Part shown: positions 27,100 through 39,712 of the stretch, one piece after another
Layout of the letters: every line of letters begins with the position of its first letter
Numbering within the stretch: the first letter of the stretch is position 1
NCBI RefSeq assembly: GCF_018350175.1
Contig: NC_058368.1
Location: forward strand, 56,980,001 to 57,044,000
Reading direction: 5' to 3'
From: Felis catus
Lineage: Eukaryota
Length of the DNA: 64,000 nt
Notes under the pieces: generated by a model
The model's input: only the letters and a program-made list of their open reading frames with translations
Database searches by the model: none
What the model was told of the DNA's origin: nothing
Translations under genes and position numbers: made by a program

Positions 27100-27420
27100 G
27101 TTTCTTTTCTCAATCAAGAAACCTGCTCCTTTGCCTTTGGGTCACTTCTTACATTCCCTTACACCTCAGCTTACAAATCTCCTGGAACAGACCTTCCTTA
27201 TGACCTCATCTGAAGCAGCTACAACACCTTGATTTTCTTTGAAGTGCTTTTAAAAACCTGAAATCATCATATGCATTTGACTGCTAATTTGTTATTCTGC
27301 TTTTTCCAACATGATGATAATGACAGTTTCTGTTTTGTATTCTTATATTCCCAGTGTCTAGTTTAATGCCAGGCACATAATAAGTACTCAAGAAATATTT
27401 GTTGAACAAATGAGTGAATG
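27100..27420 (+). mobile_element. L2 3' end
   Basis: tattcccagtgtctag...aatgccaggcacataataagtactcaagaaatatttgttgaacaaatgagtgaatg. Confidence 0.75.
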
Positions 27421-28191
27421 TTGTCAATATTCTTGGCTAGTCATGATTGTTATTCTTACATTGCTGTGCTTGGTTTTAGCTGTTGGTTTCTCATAGATTT
27501 CATCCAGGAACACCTCTATCTATATTTAGCATTTTCATGTAAGTCTGAACTGCTATTTTTCTCTCCTCCCTTTTTTCCCCACTGTCACTGCTCCGGTGCT
27601 GCTAACTGAAGTTAATTGACTTCCCCACTCCCAAATGACCTAAAACTCAAAATGATTTATATATAGTAGAGAAGAGGGTCATGCATTTTTATCTGGAAGG
27701 ATGAAAGTTACATACAAAAACATCATGCTTATTTGATGGACAATGTAGGTAATAGACTTACCATAACACTATCTGAATACTTTTGACACATTTCATTGCT
27801 TTCACAAAAACCTGGCCAATGGCCGCCTCTTTGCATCAAACTGCTATCATAACTCAGTGCTTAATTATATACATTTTTTGATGGTGTTTAAATAATAAAT
27901 ACATAATGGGCATGAGTTCTGTGCCCACAACAAATTAATGTGTTCTATTTTTATAGTGTTCTAAGTGTTTAATTAGGGAAGGATATTGTCCTTTAATGTG
28001 CTTCTATGGATTTCTTTCTCTTGCCTATTTCTGCTCAACAAGAGGCAGTGTATGCATCTACTTATTATCATTAAGTGCCAGGTAATCTGAGGATTGTCTC
28101 TATTCTCTTCATGTATATGTGTGCAAATATGCCACCTTTTCAGAACTCTATGCTAACATAAGGGGACACTAATTGATACAGATACAACCCA

Positions 28192-28601
28192 TAATATTTT
28201 GCCAGGGCTGCCATAAAAAAAAAAGGTACCACAAACTGGTTAGCTTAAACAACTAAATTTATTCTCACTGTTCCAAATCTTTAAGTCCAAAATCAAGATG
28301 CTGTCACGGTTGATTCCTTCTGAGTGAAGAATATTTGGGATTACTTGGCTTGTAGATGTATGACCCCAATATCTGCCTTAATGTTCATGTCATGGCCTCC
28401 TCTGTATATGTCTGTTTCTTCATATTTCCTATTTATATAAGGACACCTGTCATATTAGATTAAGGGCTCATCCTGCTCCAGTGTGACCTCAACTTACTAC
28501 ATGTGCAACAACCCTATTTTCAACTATGTCCACATTCTGAGGTACTGGGGGTTGGAACTTTACCATATGAATGTTTAGGGAACACAGTTTAACCCATAGC
28601 A
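28192..28601 (-). mobile_element. MLT1 (B/C-like) solo LTR
   Basis: ccagggctgccataa...taaggacacctgtcatattagattaagggctcatcct...cacattctgaggtactgggggtt. Confidence 0.85.
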
Positions 28602-29283
28602 ACTCTGTTTCTATCATGACGCTTAAATTTAAGACACTCAGATTGTCTTTATTTGAAAACCTGACGGTCACTGAAGAATAAAAGGACACTAATAAGTCAT
28701 CTTAGTATTTGGCTTATTTGTTGCAAATAAATAGAAACTTGAATTTATTTAGTATTGCTTACTTTGTAGACACATTTTTTCTACGTTATATATTTGTTAT
28801 GTGCTTGCACATTCCTGTGTAACATAGTACTTCCCATTCCCTTTTCTTACTCTGTAAAGAAGGGAAATGACAGAAATTTTACATATTAGGTATATTTCTA
28901 CCATATGAGACTATCCTTTAAATTTTCTTGATTAATATTTCTTATTTACAGTCCTCCTACCCTACCAATTCTGCTTTAGTTTTTAACTTCCTCCATTTTT
29001 AACTTTGATCATATTTATTCTCTCCAATGGTACTTACTGATAGGTAAACACAATTAGCAAATACTCAAGAGATAACGAACTCTTCAAACCTAACCACTAT
29101 AGAATACCCTTAGGTAATGTAGCCAGTAGGCTGCCTTTTTAGAAAATAAACTTATGAACAATAACTTGATATTCATTTACTTAAATGTATTTAAAACAAC
29201 CATGAATAAGGCTGGCTTTGATATGTGAAAGTCATTGCTTTGGATATGTCAGAGAAAATCTCTCTTTAACATTACCGATTCTT

Positions 29284-29507
29284 GGGTTGCTTGGGTGGTT
29301 CAGTTGGTTAAGCATCCAGCTTCGTCTCAGGTCATGATCTCGCGGTTCACGAGTTTGAGCCCTGCGTTGAGCTCTGTGCTGACAGCTTAGAGCCTGGAAC
29401 CTGCTTCGGATTCTGTGTCTCCTTCTCTCTCTGCCCCTACCCTGCTAGTACTCTGTGTGTGTCTCTCTCTCTCAGAAATAAATAAAAACATTATTTTTTT
29501 TAAAAAA
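29284..29507 (+). mobile_element. CanSINE
   Basis: Head, body and tail visible. Confidence 0.95.
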
Positions 29508-30464
29508 TTAGAGATTATTTTCCCAAACGCAAAACTCCAGTTATCTGATTTTAATACCAAAGAAAATACCTTCCTAATTTGTTAAAATGAAAAACAAATA
29601 GTACTGAAAGCACTTGAGTGCACTTAGAAACCAGCTAATGAGTAAATATTTCAGAGATGTGCAATATACTCTCCTTTAGAAGAAATAGGCTCTTATCCCT
29701 TGGTTATATTTTGAGCACCATACATGCTATATTTGTTATACCTGCACCGCATATGACCTATTTAAAGTTAATAAACTGTCAATGCTTTTGGTAAGAATAA
29801 TTAAAATTAAAGTCTGTTTGTATAAACATTTCTATTCACTATTTTTTTTCTTTCTGAACATCTAACGGAATGTTAATACATCAAAATCAACTTTCTTAAG
29901 GTTGGGATAATGACAGGTTATAGAGTAGTTTACTTTCAAGTCTCTAACCTTTTTTTAGATTTTAAGCCTTGTTTTATAAGTGCACCTAATGAGGTCAACA
30001 ACCATCAAATTGAGAACAGAAATGTCAGCATGGGCTAAATCTGACAATTTGCTCATTATTCACTGTCAAGAATAGCTTATGAACTTTTAATGATAATTCC
30101 TAATGAGAAAACCCCCAAATTGAGAATGAGATAATTAGAATAAATGAGACTGGTCTAAGTGACAGACTGATGTATTTCATCCCCATGACTTTATGATTTT
30201 ATGAAATAACATGTATAAATTTTAAAATAACTCATTTATAATAATGTCTTTGACCTTTGGAATTACTATCTTTCATAATCTGTGCTGCTTTATGTCACTA
30301 ATTTCTAGATCAAGATTAGTCAGTCCTTTTTTCCTTTCAGAACTAAAAATAGAATGTTAAGTTTAAATATGAGAAACCCATATTGAAAACAGATGCTATG
30401 TATTAAATTTGCTTATGTTTCAAATTTTCTGCTGCTTTTCAACTCTGTATAACCTTTCACTTAC

Positions 30465-30650
30465 CCCTGCTGATTCTGATGTTCCAGGGGTCACACCTGT
30501 TCTTAAGGAGATGTGGGAGGGAGGAGGTTGGAATTTGAAAGAAACACCTGGGTGAACCTTGCCTTGGAGGATTTTTATATACTGCTGAGTCTTTCCACCT
30601 GCTGCCCCAATGCCCTTTCTGTTGACAGCAGCAACATGCCACATGGGTCA
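30465..30650 (-). promoter_or_regulatory. Candidate TATA promoter and ~85-nt non-coding first exon
   Basis: Minus-strand TATATAAAAA at 30581-30572; CA initiator with A at 30549; donor GGG|GTAAGT (exon ends 30465); E-boxes CACCTG at 30494, 30545 and 30596; not a recognisable repeat. Confidence 0.45.
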
Positions 30651-30809
30651 GAATTCTTCCTTACAGGCAAAATAACAGCAAACAGCTCTACTCTAAGGAG
30701 GATACTGAGCAATTTTTGCTTTCAACGAAAATTTCTACAGTAAGAGGACAAACATAAGGAAGGGGCTTTGTTATAAAATGATAAATAAACATTGAAACAT
30801 AAAGTGTGT

Positions 30810-30960
30810 GTTACTAAAAGAAGGAACATCTAGGATTTATTCCTAGTGTCTGAAACATTGTACCCTTCAGCAAGTTATTTATTCTTTTGGGACTCGTTAT
30901 CTTTATACATAAAATAGGAAAGTTAGACTAGATGATTTTACTGTTCTATCCAACTCCCTC
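30810..30960 (+). mobile_element. MIR/MIR3 fragment
   Basis: caagttatttattcttttgggactcgttatctttatacataaaataggaaagttagactagatga. Confidence 0.55.
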
Positions 30961-31428
30961 AGTCTATGTTTTTGGTCGTGTGGCATTGCAATGCGTAAGG
31001 GCAGTTATTAGCTTCCAGGTGATTCTTTTTGGGCTGCTTCATACCCGCTTCCCAAACACACAGCTCTTTTGCTTTGTCATTAAAGACATCAGAAGAAAGG
31101 TGGAATAATACTGTTACAGAATCGGAGGGGAGAAGTTGACAAAATTAAAAAAGATACCGATGAATTGATTAAACTTAAGTAAACAAATTTACTAGAACAC
31201 TCTGAGGAGCCAGAACACTCTACCTCCTGCATGATAGTGATATCTACCAAATATCTACCCTACACTGGCTGAAATTTTTACTGTTTTCCAGTCATCTTCC
31301 TGACATCGTGTCAATTAGATATTCATTTGAGTTACCAAACTTCACTTAAATGTATCCTGAAAATTAGTCTAACACTGTAGTCAGGAGGATGTTTAATGTA
31401 CCTATTTGCTTGACCTTAAGAATTAGGA

Positions 31429-31646
31429 GGGCCCTGGGTGGCTCCTCAGTTAAGTGTCTGACTTTGGATGAGGTCATGATCTTATGGTTCACGAGTTCGA
31501 GCCCCACGTCAGGCTCTGTGCTGACAACTCAGAACCTGTAGCCTGCTTTTGTGTCTCCCTCTCTCTGCCCCTCTCCTGCTCATGCACTCGCGCACTCTCT
31601 CTCTCTCTCTCTGTCTCAAAAATAAATAGAAAGTTTAAAAAAAAAA
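31429..31646 (+). mobile_element. CanSINE
   Basis: TSD-like aagaattagga/aagaactggga. Confidence 0.95.
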
Positions 31647-31689
31647 GAACTGGGAGATATAAAGTGTAAGAACAGCAGTTCACCACCAG

Positions 31690-31915
31690 CTCTCATTTGC
31701 CAAATGTGTATGATGTGTCATGTACTGGACTATACATATCATCTTACTGGAAATCTATAAAAATCATATGGGGTTAGAATAATTGCCCCCATTTTATAAA
31801 TAGTTAAGCCAAGGATTAACATGTTTTTATTTTTCCAATGGCCACATTAAGTTAATAAATAATAGATAGCATTCAAATAAAAGTTTAACTGTAAATACCA
31901 TGCTCTTAACTGCTG
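31690..31915 (-). mobile_element. MIR fragment
   Basis: attgccccattttataaatagttaagccaagg...ccatgctcttaact. Confidence 0.55.
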
Positions 31916-32089
31916 TGAAATATTAATATATTCAGACAGTAAGAGTTTGTCACTGAAGTCAGTGTTAACAGTACCATTTTTTTCCTTAAACTATATAATT
32001 CTATGTAAGCTTTCTGCAGACGTAGCTTAACTTTATAAAATATTTTCCACATCATTAAAATTCCTCTTAAACATACTTTAACTGATGCC

Positions 32090-32587
32090 TATATTAGTAT
32101 TCTATTGTTGCTGTAATGAATTGCCATAAATTTTATGGCTTAAAACAATCCAGTTTTATTGTGTTATAATCCTGAGACTCAGAGTCCAACATGGGTGTTA
32201 CTAGGATAAAATGAAGCTGCTGGCAGGACTACACTTCTCTGTGGAGGATGTCTTTACTTTTTTCTTCTTCTAGAGGCTGCCTACATTCCTTTCCTCATGG
32301 CCATACTCATCTTGAAATCCAGCAACAGCAGATTCATTCCTTCTCATATCACGTCACTCTGATCTACATTTTGGCTTTGCTCTTCCACTGCTAAGAACAT
32401 TTTGTAAACATTGAGGCCACTTGCATATAATCCCAAATATCTTCCTATTTTAGGGTCAGTTGATTAAGCAACCTTAGTTTTATCTGCAACTTTAATTCCC
32501 TTGTGCCATGTAACCTAGCTTATTTACAGATTCTGGTGATGAGGACATAGACATCTTGGGGGGGGGGGGACTATGCTGCCTACCACA
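32090..32587 (-). mobile_element. MLT1D-like solo LTR
   Basis: tctattgttgctgtaatgaattgccataaattttatggcttaaaacaa...cttctagaggctgcctacattcctt...ctgcctaccaca. Confidence 0.85.
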
Positions 32588-33071
32588 ATGTCTAATATTA
32601 TATTCTAGAACAATATCCTAATACTTTATGCTACCAGAATCCTATCTCTGAATACATGTTATTAACACTGATATTATTTCCTCAGGGTATTAAGGAAGCT
32701 ATAAGACATTCATTTATTAACACTGAGGTTATACATACCTAAAAATAGTAGGAAATCACACGTACACATTGTGTACTGTTTAACTACTACAAATTTCTCA
32801 TTTCTTGATTCATAATTCTGTCTAATGTTAGTTCGTTCTTGAAATATGTTTTGATATTTTTAAGGTATTATTTCAGGATCTGTACACATCTTTGAATTTA
32901 TTTATGTGGATTTTAATATGAAAGATTAATTCTTAGTGTGTAATTCATGGTTATAATTATTTTCCATTGAAGACCTATAAGATACCATATTTTACTATCA
33001 CCCAGCATTTCAAAGGAGAAACAGGCTGAAATAATAGGTGAACATAATTTTTTCCGTTTTAGGTTTAGAAA

Positions 33072-33072
<1 letters not shown>

Positions 33073-33130
<58 letters not shown>
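33073..33130. repeat. (TA)n(CA)n microsatellite
   Basis: Directly visible. Confidence 0.95.
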
Positions 33131-33132
<2 letters not shown>

Positions 33133-33139
33133 ATATATT

Positions 33140-33877
33140 TGTAGTTAGAATGCCTCTCATAAAAATGTCAATGCTCTCATTCCTATAATATGTGGGTATA
33201 TTATGTTACATGGAGAAAAATGATTAAGCTTATGAGCCTTAAGATAGAGAAGGTGTTCTGAAAGATTCATCAGTGCCCAATCTAATCATGGGACGCTTTT
33301 TTTTTTAATGTTTTTATTTATTTTTGAGAGAGAGAGAGAGGCAGGGAGAGAGAGGGAGACACAGAATCCAAAGCAGGCTACAGGCTCTGAGCTGTCAGCA
33401 CAGAGCCCACCATGGGGCTGAAACTCTTGAAACTGTGAGATCATGACCTGAGCCAAAGTTGGACACTTCACCGAGTCACCCAGGTGCCTCTGGGGACCCT
33501 TTAAAACCAAAAAAAACACATCTCCAGATAAAGCCAGAGAGATTCACACAGCAGGAGGGACTTAGCCCACTGATGCTGGAGAGAACAACATAGGAAACCA
33601 TGAGAAGGAACATGGAAAGCTTCTAGAAACAAAGCCTGAGACTCAGCTGACAGCCAGAAGGAAACAGGGACTGCATTTTTGCCACCATAAGAGGAACTGA
33701 ATTTGGCCAACAACCAGAATGAGCTTGGAAATGGACTCTTCTCCAGAGACCCCAGGAAGGGAAGCATTCACACCAACCTTTTGAACACTGGGATTTGTGA
33801 CCTACAGAACTTGGTGGATGTTGTTTTATGCCGTGAAGTTTGCATTAATCTGTTTTGGCAGCAATGAAACCCTAACA
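33140..33877 (+). mobile_element. MLT1E/F-like solo LTR interrupted by a CanSINE
   Basis: cagctgacagccagaaggaaacagggact...ggaactgaatttggccaacaaccagaatgagcttggaa...tgacctacagaact. Confidence 0.8.
33297..33490 (-). mobile_element. CanSINE
   Basis: Antisense copy; TSD gggac(g/c)cttt. Confidence 0.95.
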
Positions 33878-33919
33878 TAAATAATTCTTCAAATTGCAGC
33901 CAGGTAGCAATAAACACAT

Positions 33920-35340
33920 TGAAATGTTCATTAGCTTTTCCACCAATGGCATTGCCAAAGCTAATATATATATATTATATATGTGTGTTAAATCTCACGT
34001 TAACAAGGGTGGTTTTGTAAATAGTTTGTGACTATTAGTCATGATATTTAACACACATTATGTGTGAAGATTAAAATTCACATGTCATTTGATAATTCTA
34101 TTTATATAAATCTAATCATAGTTATACCCACACCTGAAACAAAGACATGTATAAGAATGAATGTCCATTTTAAAACTGTTTGTATAAAAAGAGTATTAGA
34201 GACAGTTTCATTGACATTTAATTTAATATGGGATATCCATGCAATGGGATGCCAGGCAGCAATTTTCATGATGAAGGTGGATATATTTGTTGTCATGTGT
34301 GATATTGTGATTTATAAGAAATATGTATTTGGTCATTCAGATGACCAAAAGATGTTTCTTGTATATGTTTGATCTTTGTCCATGGTTCCTGGCTCACAGA
34401 TCCCCAAATCTTTGGAATTCCCTGAGCCATGAGAGCAATGAGATCAACTTTTGTTATAATATTCGGTCTCTTGTCCTCAATCTCAAAAATCCCTTCAAAG
34501 CCCTAAGGGTTAAATGAGTGTCTTGTTATTCATAAATAACCCCTTCCAACACAACTGGAGTTAGGTTAATGAAGTGACTTTTGAAAACACCTGAGGATGG
34601 GAGCTAGTTGCCCACGGAGCCAATTATGTGATCAGAGGGTTGGAAGTTTCAGTCCCTGCCCCTGATATTCAGGCAAAGGAAAGGGGTTGGATGTCAAATC
34701 AATGGCCAGCGATTAAATCAATCATGCTTACGTAATGAAGCCTGCAGGAAAAACCCTAACCGATACGTTTCAGAGAGCTTTAGGAATGGTGCATACTTGG
34801 AGGGCCATTAGACTCGGCTCCCTTTCTCGATAGCTGGTGCTCTGCCTCTCTTCTATCTGGATGTTCATGAGTAATATCCTTTTATTATAAAATAGTAATC
34901 CAGTAAATAAAACATTTCTTTGAGTTTTGTGAGCTACTCCAGCAAATTAATCAAACTCAGGCAGGGAATTATCGGAGCCTACGATCTATAGCTGGTTGTT
35001 CAGAAGCACAGGTGATATCCTGGATTTGTGGCTGGCATCTGAGATTCGGGGAAGGGCAGCAGTCTTATGGGACTGAGCCCTTAATCAGTGCGATCTGATG
35101 CTATCTTCAGTAAACAGTGTCAGAACAGAGTTAAGTTGTAAGACACCCAGCAGGTATTGGAAAATTGCTTGGTGGTATGTAGAAACCTCCCCACTCCACA
35201 TGTAGGAATTGAATGCAGAATGGTTTATCGGGAAACTGTCCCCAGAATCATTTTTTGAATGAAAATGATCAAGGCACTGAAGAATGCTATGTTAATATCT
35301 CATTTGCATAAGGGTATATATCCTTTTATACCCTGTCAAC
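33920..35340 (+). mobile_element. Ancient L1 (L1ME-like) 3' fragment split by a MER21-like LTR
   Basis: atgggatatccatgcaatgggatgccaggcagcaatt... resumes after the LTR at ttgaatgaaaatgatcaagg. Confidence 0.45.
34298..35235 (+). mobile_element. MER21-like solo LTR
   Basis: Begins tgtgatattgtgatttataagaaat; gtccatggttcctggctcaca; tgtgatcagagggttggaagtttcagtccc; tgggactgagcccttaa...gatctgatgctatct. Confidence 0.85.
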
Positions 35341-37179
35341 AGCACATAGAATTTTGATAGCCCACATGTAAAAATTAGTCAAGTTGAATATTAGGAAGAG
35401 TGTCATGAGACCTGAGAGTCTAGGCTGAGAGACACTTCCTATAATTGTTTCATAGTGAATTTTAACATATGCCTATATCACCTTGCAAAGTGTTTTTTTT
35501 TTTTTTCTTTTCCTCTGCTTATAACCAAACTGTGCTCCTGAAATTTTACAATGGCTTACATTCTCATGACAAATTGAAGTGTGTTTGCTTCCCTGGAATA
35601 AGTCTTCTAGAATTTGGATATCAGATTCCACTAACCTCCGCACCCCATATCATATAGACAAACATGTCCAAGCATTTATAACACACTTGAATACATATGT
35701 GGACATTTATATACTCCAAAGTTATATGTTTACAAAAATTCAAAGTATGAAACATCCAGAGACTTTCTAGTATCTGGCCAACGGAGGATCTAGGATAAGG
35801 GAGGAACACTAACAGCACATTTTATAAGGTACTTAAAATTTTAAAGCACTGTGTAAAGCAGTAGGGTGGGGACAGTAAATAACATATTGAAGAATAAAGT
35901 GATTATAGGAGGTTTTCATAACATTAAATTCTTATATGATTCTAATTCTGGTGGAATCAAATAAAATTCAATTAAAATGTGCTGTGAACTATTGGACTAA
36001 ACAGGATATGTGTTATGTTTCCCGGTGGCAGAATATGGAGAAAGTTATTTTCCTTATTGGTGTTTATATGTTTTTCTACATTTTCTCTAAGAAACATGTA
36101 ATTCATTGTCATCAGAGGAATATTTTAAAGAACATAGACATAGGAAATGACAGTCCAATATTTTCTTCACCATTGTTAACCTGAGTAATAGGGTCTGAAC
36201 AAGGACTCTCCATATCTAGAGATAGATAACATGGATGAGGCATTGATGGTGGTTTCCATTCTGGTTTCATAGTCCTCCTATTTTGATGTTGTATGAATTA
36301 TTCTTTTCCATGTGTCTTCATGGGACTGTTGGAAGTTGCTAGATACTCATCAGTTGTTGCTAACCACCCTCCACTTGAAGATGAATTCTTCTAATCCATA
36401 AGAATTGGAAAATTGATGTGTTTTTGAATTATGTACATGTAGCCCATTCAAAGTAAAGTATTTCTGTTATAAAGGAGAATCAACCATGGGATGGATAGTC
36501 CTTGTCTTATCTGAGCTGCTCACTTTTGGTTCCAGAATCAAGGCAGCTGTAGTAGTCAGGTGGAGTCCATCCAGCATATATTTCTCTCCTGTAATAATAG
36601 CTCAGATTTATCTAACTCCATATTTTGTGAACAAGGTAAAAAGATTAGTTTGAAGTGCATAGAACCTTGACAGGGAATGAAAAGTGTGTATAGATTTATC
36701 TGAAAGGCCATCTGTGCATTAAAACCAAAGATTTGGTGGAATTGACATTAACATTCAATTATAGTTTACCAACACTCATGGGAAGCATTTACCTTTCCTG
36801 TTTTGTTTGTCTGTTTTTTCCATTCAAATTTCTCATTTTGCTTTGTTTCAGTTTTGTTAATCTTGTGTTTCTATACAATGATATCTGAGATGTCCCTTTC
36901 TGATAGGAGTATTCTTATATTTTTTTATTAAAAGTATAGGTTTCCACATCTACAATTTGTGAAAGTTAGCTTTGAGTTTTCTATCCTCAAGAATCCATCT
37001 CTTAGGAGGATAAACTTCCCTCCAGTATGTGCTGTACATCTCTGCCTCTAGTTATGTATTAGTAGAAAAAGATTCTATCTTTACATAGTACCAAAGCTTC
37101 CTGTATATCTCTGAATTCTCTCTGCTGCTGGTTCTGTGTTCTACATGTGCTGGGAGTGGTCTTAAACACTATTCTCCCC

Positions 37180-37350
37180 GGGGCGCCTTCAGCTCAGGTC
37201 ATGATCTCACACTCTGTGATTTCAAGCCTGCGCCAAGAGCTCAGAACCTGGAGCCTGCTTCAGAGTCTGTCTGCCCCTCCCTGCTCGCTCCCTCTCTCTC
37301 TCTCTCTCTCAAAACTAAATAAACATTTAAAAAATTAAAAAAAAAAATAA
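37180..37350 (+). mobile_element. Internally deleted CanSINE
   Basis: ggggcgcc joined directly to ttcagctcagg; TSD-like act(a/c)ttctccc. Confidence 0.9.
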
Positions 37351-37497
37351 AACTCTTCTCCCTTTGTAAAGAATAGTAACTGTGTTGAAAATGAATCCCA
37401 CCCTTTTGCTGAAATATGTTCACACTGATCCTTCAGTAAGCTCTCAAACATATTGGCTGAATGCTGCAGCTTAAAATTAAACACTTATGTGTGTTCT

Positions 37498-37720
37498 CAG
37501 GGCTGCTATGTACAGTAGTGCCAGATGTGCACTGTGTAACACCAGAGGAAGTTGTTCACATATAGACCTCACTGATTTGAATATTGAGATGATTTCTGTC
37601 AGAAGATAGGAAAGTATTTTGGTGCAGGAAAACTCCTACATTTTGACCATGTTCAGATTTATGGAAGGAGAGGTATATTTTTTAAATGTGGAGAAAGATC
37701 ATATGAGCCAGCATTGACCT
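37498..37720 (+). mobile_element. MER91-like hAT MITE
   Basis: cagggctgctatgtacagtagtgccagatgtgcactg...catatgagccagcattgacct. Confidence 0.6.
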
Positions 37721-37779
37721 TCACTGTTGTAATAAGAAATCTGGAGATTGCATTCATTCAAATACCTTTAGGCAAACAA

Positions 37780-37910
37780 CACAACAAAGTGTTTTCTGTG
37801 GAGTCAGGCAAACCTAGCTCAAAGACTTCTTCACCTACTAACTGTGTGACCTTGGGAGAAATATTTAACCTTTCAGGACTTTGGTTTCCTCATGTGAAAT
37901 AATAGGAATG
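37780..37910 (+). mobile_element. MIR fragment
   Basis: ctactaactgtgtgaccttgggagaaatatttaacctttcaggactttggtttcctcat. Confidence 0.75.
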
Positions 37911-38975
37911 GGAAAATTTTCATAAGTTAAAATGTTAAATTTTGGTTCAAACAGGAGCATACATAGGCAAAAACAGATACCCCTGGGTCAGCAAACTAGG
38001 GGACTAAGGGACTGTTTTGAATTTTCATTATTCGTGTAAATATCCTATGTAATTAATTTTAAAAGGATACCATAGGTAGACTACTTAGCAAAGTGGTTAG
38101 CAGGTGATATACATGTAATGGTAACTCAGATACAAAGTCCTAGAAATTTGAAACATTAGCCCAAATGACCAGAACTGTGGATGATCAGAGGGAAAAGAAT
38201 TAATAATGGCAAGCCATAGATAGGAGTCTTGGTATGCATCATATAGAATGAGCTGTTATGAAAATGCATAGAGTCCTCTGCTTCCTTTGGGTCAAAAATG
38301 CAGATATTCAATTGGAGGTGAAACTAGATTTTCCCAGAGTAGTCCCTAGCAAGGAGTCCCTATCACATCCAGGTGAGAAGCACTCACTTAAGAAAAATCT
38401 AAGGAACTGCCGTATGAGAAGAAATTTTGGTGACATAAAAAGTCCTTTGGGATTTGTTCTCCATCCAAGACAGAAAAAGAGTTATAAAATTCACCTCTGG
38501 TGAATTCGCCTAAAGTGAACCTTTTAACACTTCCTGAGCGTGAAAATAGGAGACTGTAGAAGAGGTGCCAGCAAGGAGTTCTGGAAAGATACAGGGATTT
38601 GCTTCAGGTATCAAATAAGCAGTAATGTTCAGAGAGGAGCTCTGATCTTCGGGTGTCCAGGAGAAAATGTAGAAATCTATCTAGGAAACATTTTAATCCC
38701 AAAATACCCACCAAAGTTCTTGAGGCAGAATAGCTGATCGGGAGCAGATGTGAACATTTAGAAAGATAGACTGGATGAGGCATAACTTGAATATGACTGT
38801 TGTGTACAAAACCACAACTTTTTAGAAGTTTGCTTGTTTAATGTTTTAGTTTGGGGAATACTTTGCATTTATTTCCTCAAAACCATTTCTTTCCATGGAC
38901 TAGCAGAGAAGGGAGATAAAGACCAGGGAGAAATATTCAGTCACAGCCCAATGTGGGTCTAGGGAAACCCTTAGA

Positions 38976-39475
38976 TGTACAGAAATATTTGTGTTATGGC
39001 TTGGATGTTCTACAGATGCTGAAACGGATAGGGAGTATAAAATATTTATTAAGGAATGGCACCTGTGAAGGAAAGGAGGCAGAAGCAGGATGAGCAAAAG
39101 AAGTCCAGTGGTGTTATAACTGTGACAAAGTCTCAGTCAGCTACTGGAGAGCCCTGCAACAAGTACTGCCCAACAGAGTTGTCCCAGGTTGGCCTGAAAT
39201 GGTTGGGCCGTTATACCGCACCTTGCTCGGTCAGCGATAAAGCTGTTTTCCTCTGCCATCGCCCCTGCGTTCCAGGGTGAGGCATTACTCTGCAGGCAGG
39301 CTAGACCTGAAGGAGCTGTAAACTGGAGCCTGTCTGTCGCCTGCCCTCTGACAGCCAGCCCCGCCCCGCTACAGCTAGCTCCGCCCTCCTACAGCCAGCC
39401 CTGCCCTCCTACAGCACCCATCAAGCCTTCCCTTGATGGGTGGTCTGAGTGGCAAGTCTCCGGGTCCAGCACTTC
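38976..39475 (-). mobile_element. LTR16-like (ERV-L) solo LTR
   Basis: cagatgctgaaacgga...atttattaagga...cacctgtgaaggaaaggaggcagaagcagga...cagagttgtccc...gaaatggttgggcc. Confidence 0.7.
39339..39415. repeat. 20-bp tandem repeat, 3 full copies plus partials
   Basis: acagccagccccgccccgct / acagctagctccgccctcct / acagccagccctgccctcct / acagc. Confidence 0.9.
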
Positions 39476-39654
39476 TGTAGTGTAAGCATTCTAAAATGGC
39501 TTTGATAGACAAAAGCCCAGCCAAATTTTGTACTTCTACAAATTTGTATTCTTTATATTTTAATTCTCCACTTCCATGGAAACCTTATTTATTTCCTTTG
39601 TAAGCCCAACAAAGATAGTATAATATCCATCTGAACTATGCCGTCTTCTAAATA

Positions 39655-39658
<4 letters not shown>

Positions 39659-39712
<54 letters not shown>
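39659..39712. repeat. (CT)n(AT)n compound microsatellite
   Basis: Directly visible. Confidence 0.95.

Noticed and set aside
27143..27157. cacttcttacattcc, resembling the complement of miR-1/miR-206
   Set aside because: Partial match, no hairpin partner seen, and it lies in or next to an L2 relic.
27520..27529. Isolated perfect MEF2 sites (also 32739-32748, 63486-63495)
   Set aside because: A few are expected by chance in 64 kb of AT-rich DNA.
36557..36571. Minus-strand DGLHL (SGNH esterase / CR1 ORF1-like motif)
   Set aside because: Isolated 5-aa match in a short frame bounded by stops.
39351..39415. Short direct repeats as a CRISPR-like array
   Set aside because: Contiguous tandem units without spacers, in mammalian DNA.
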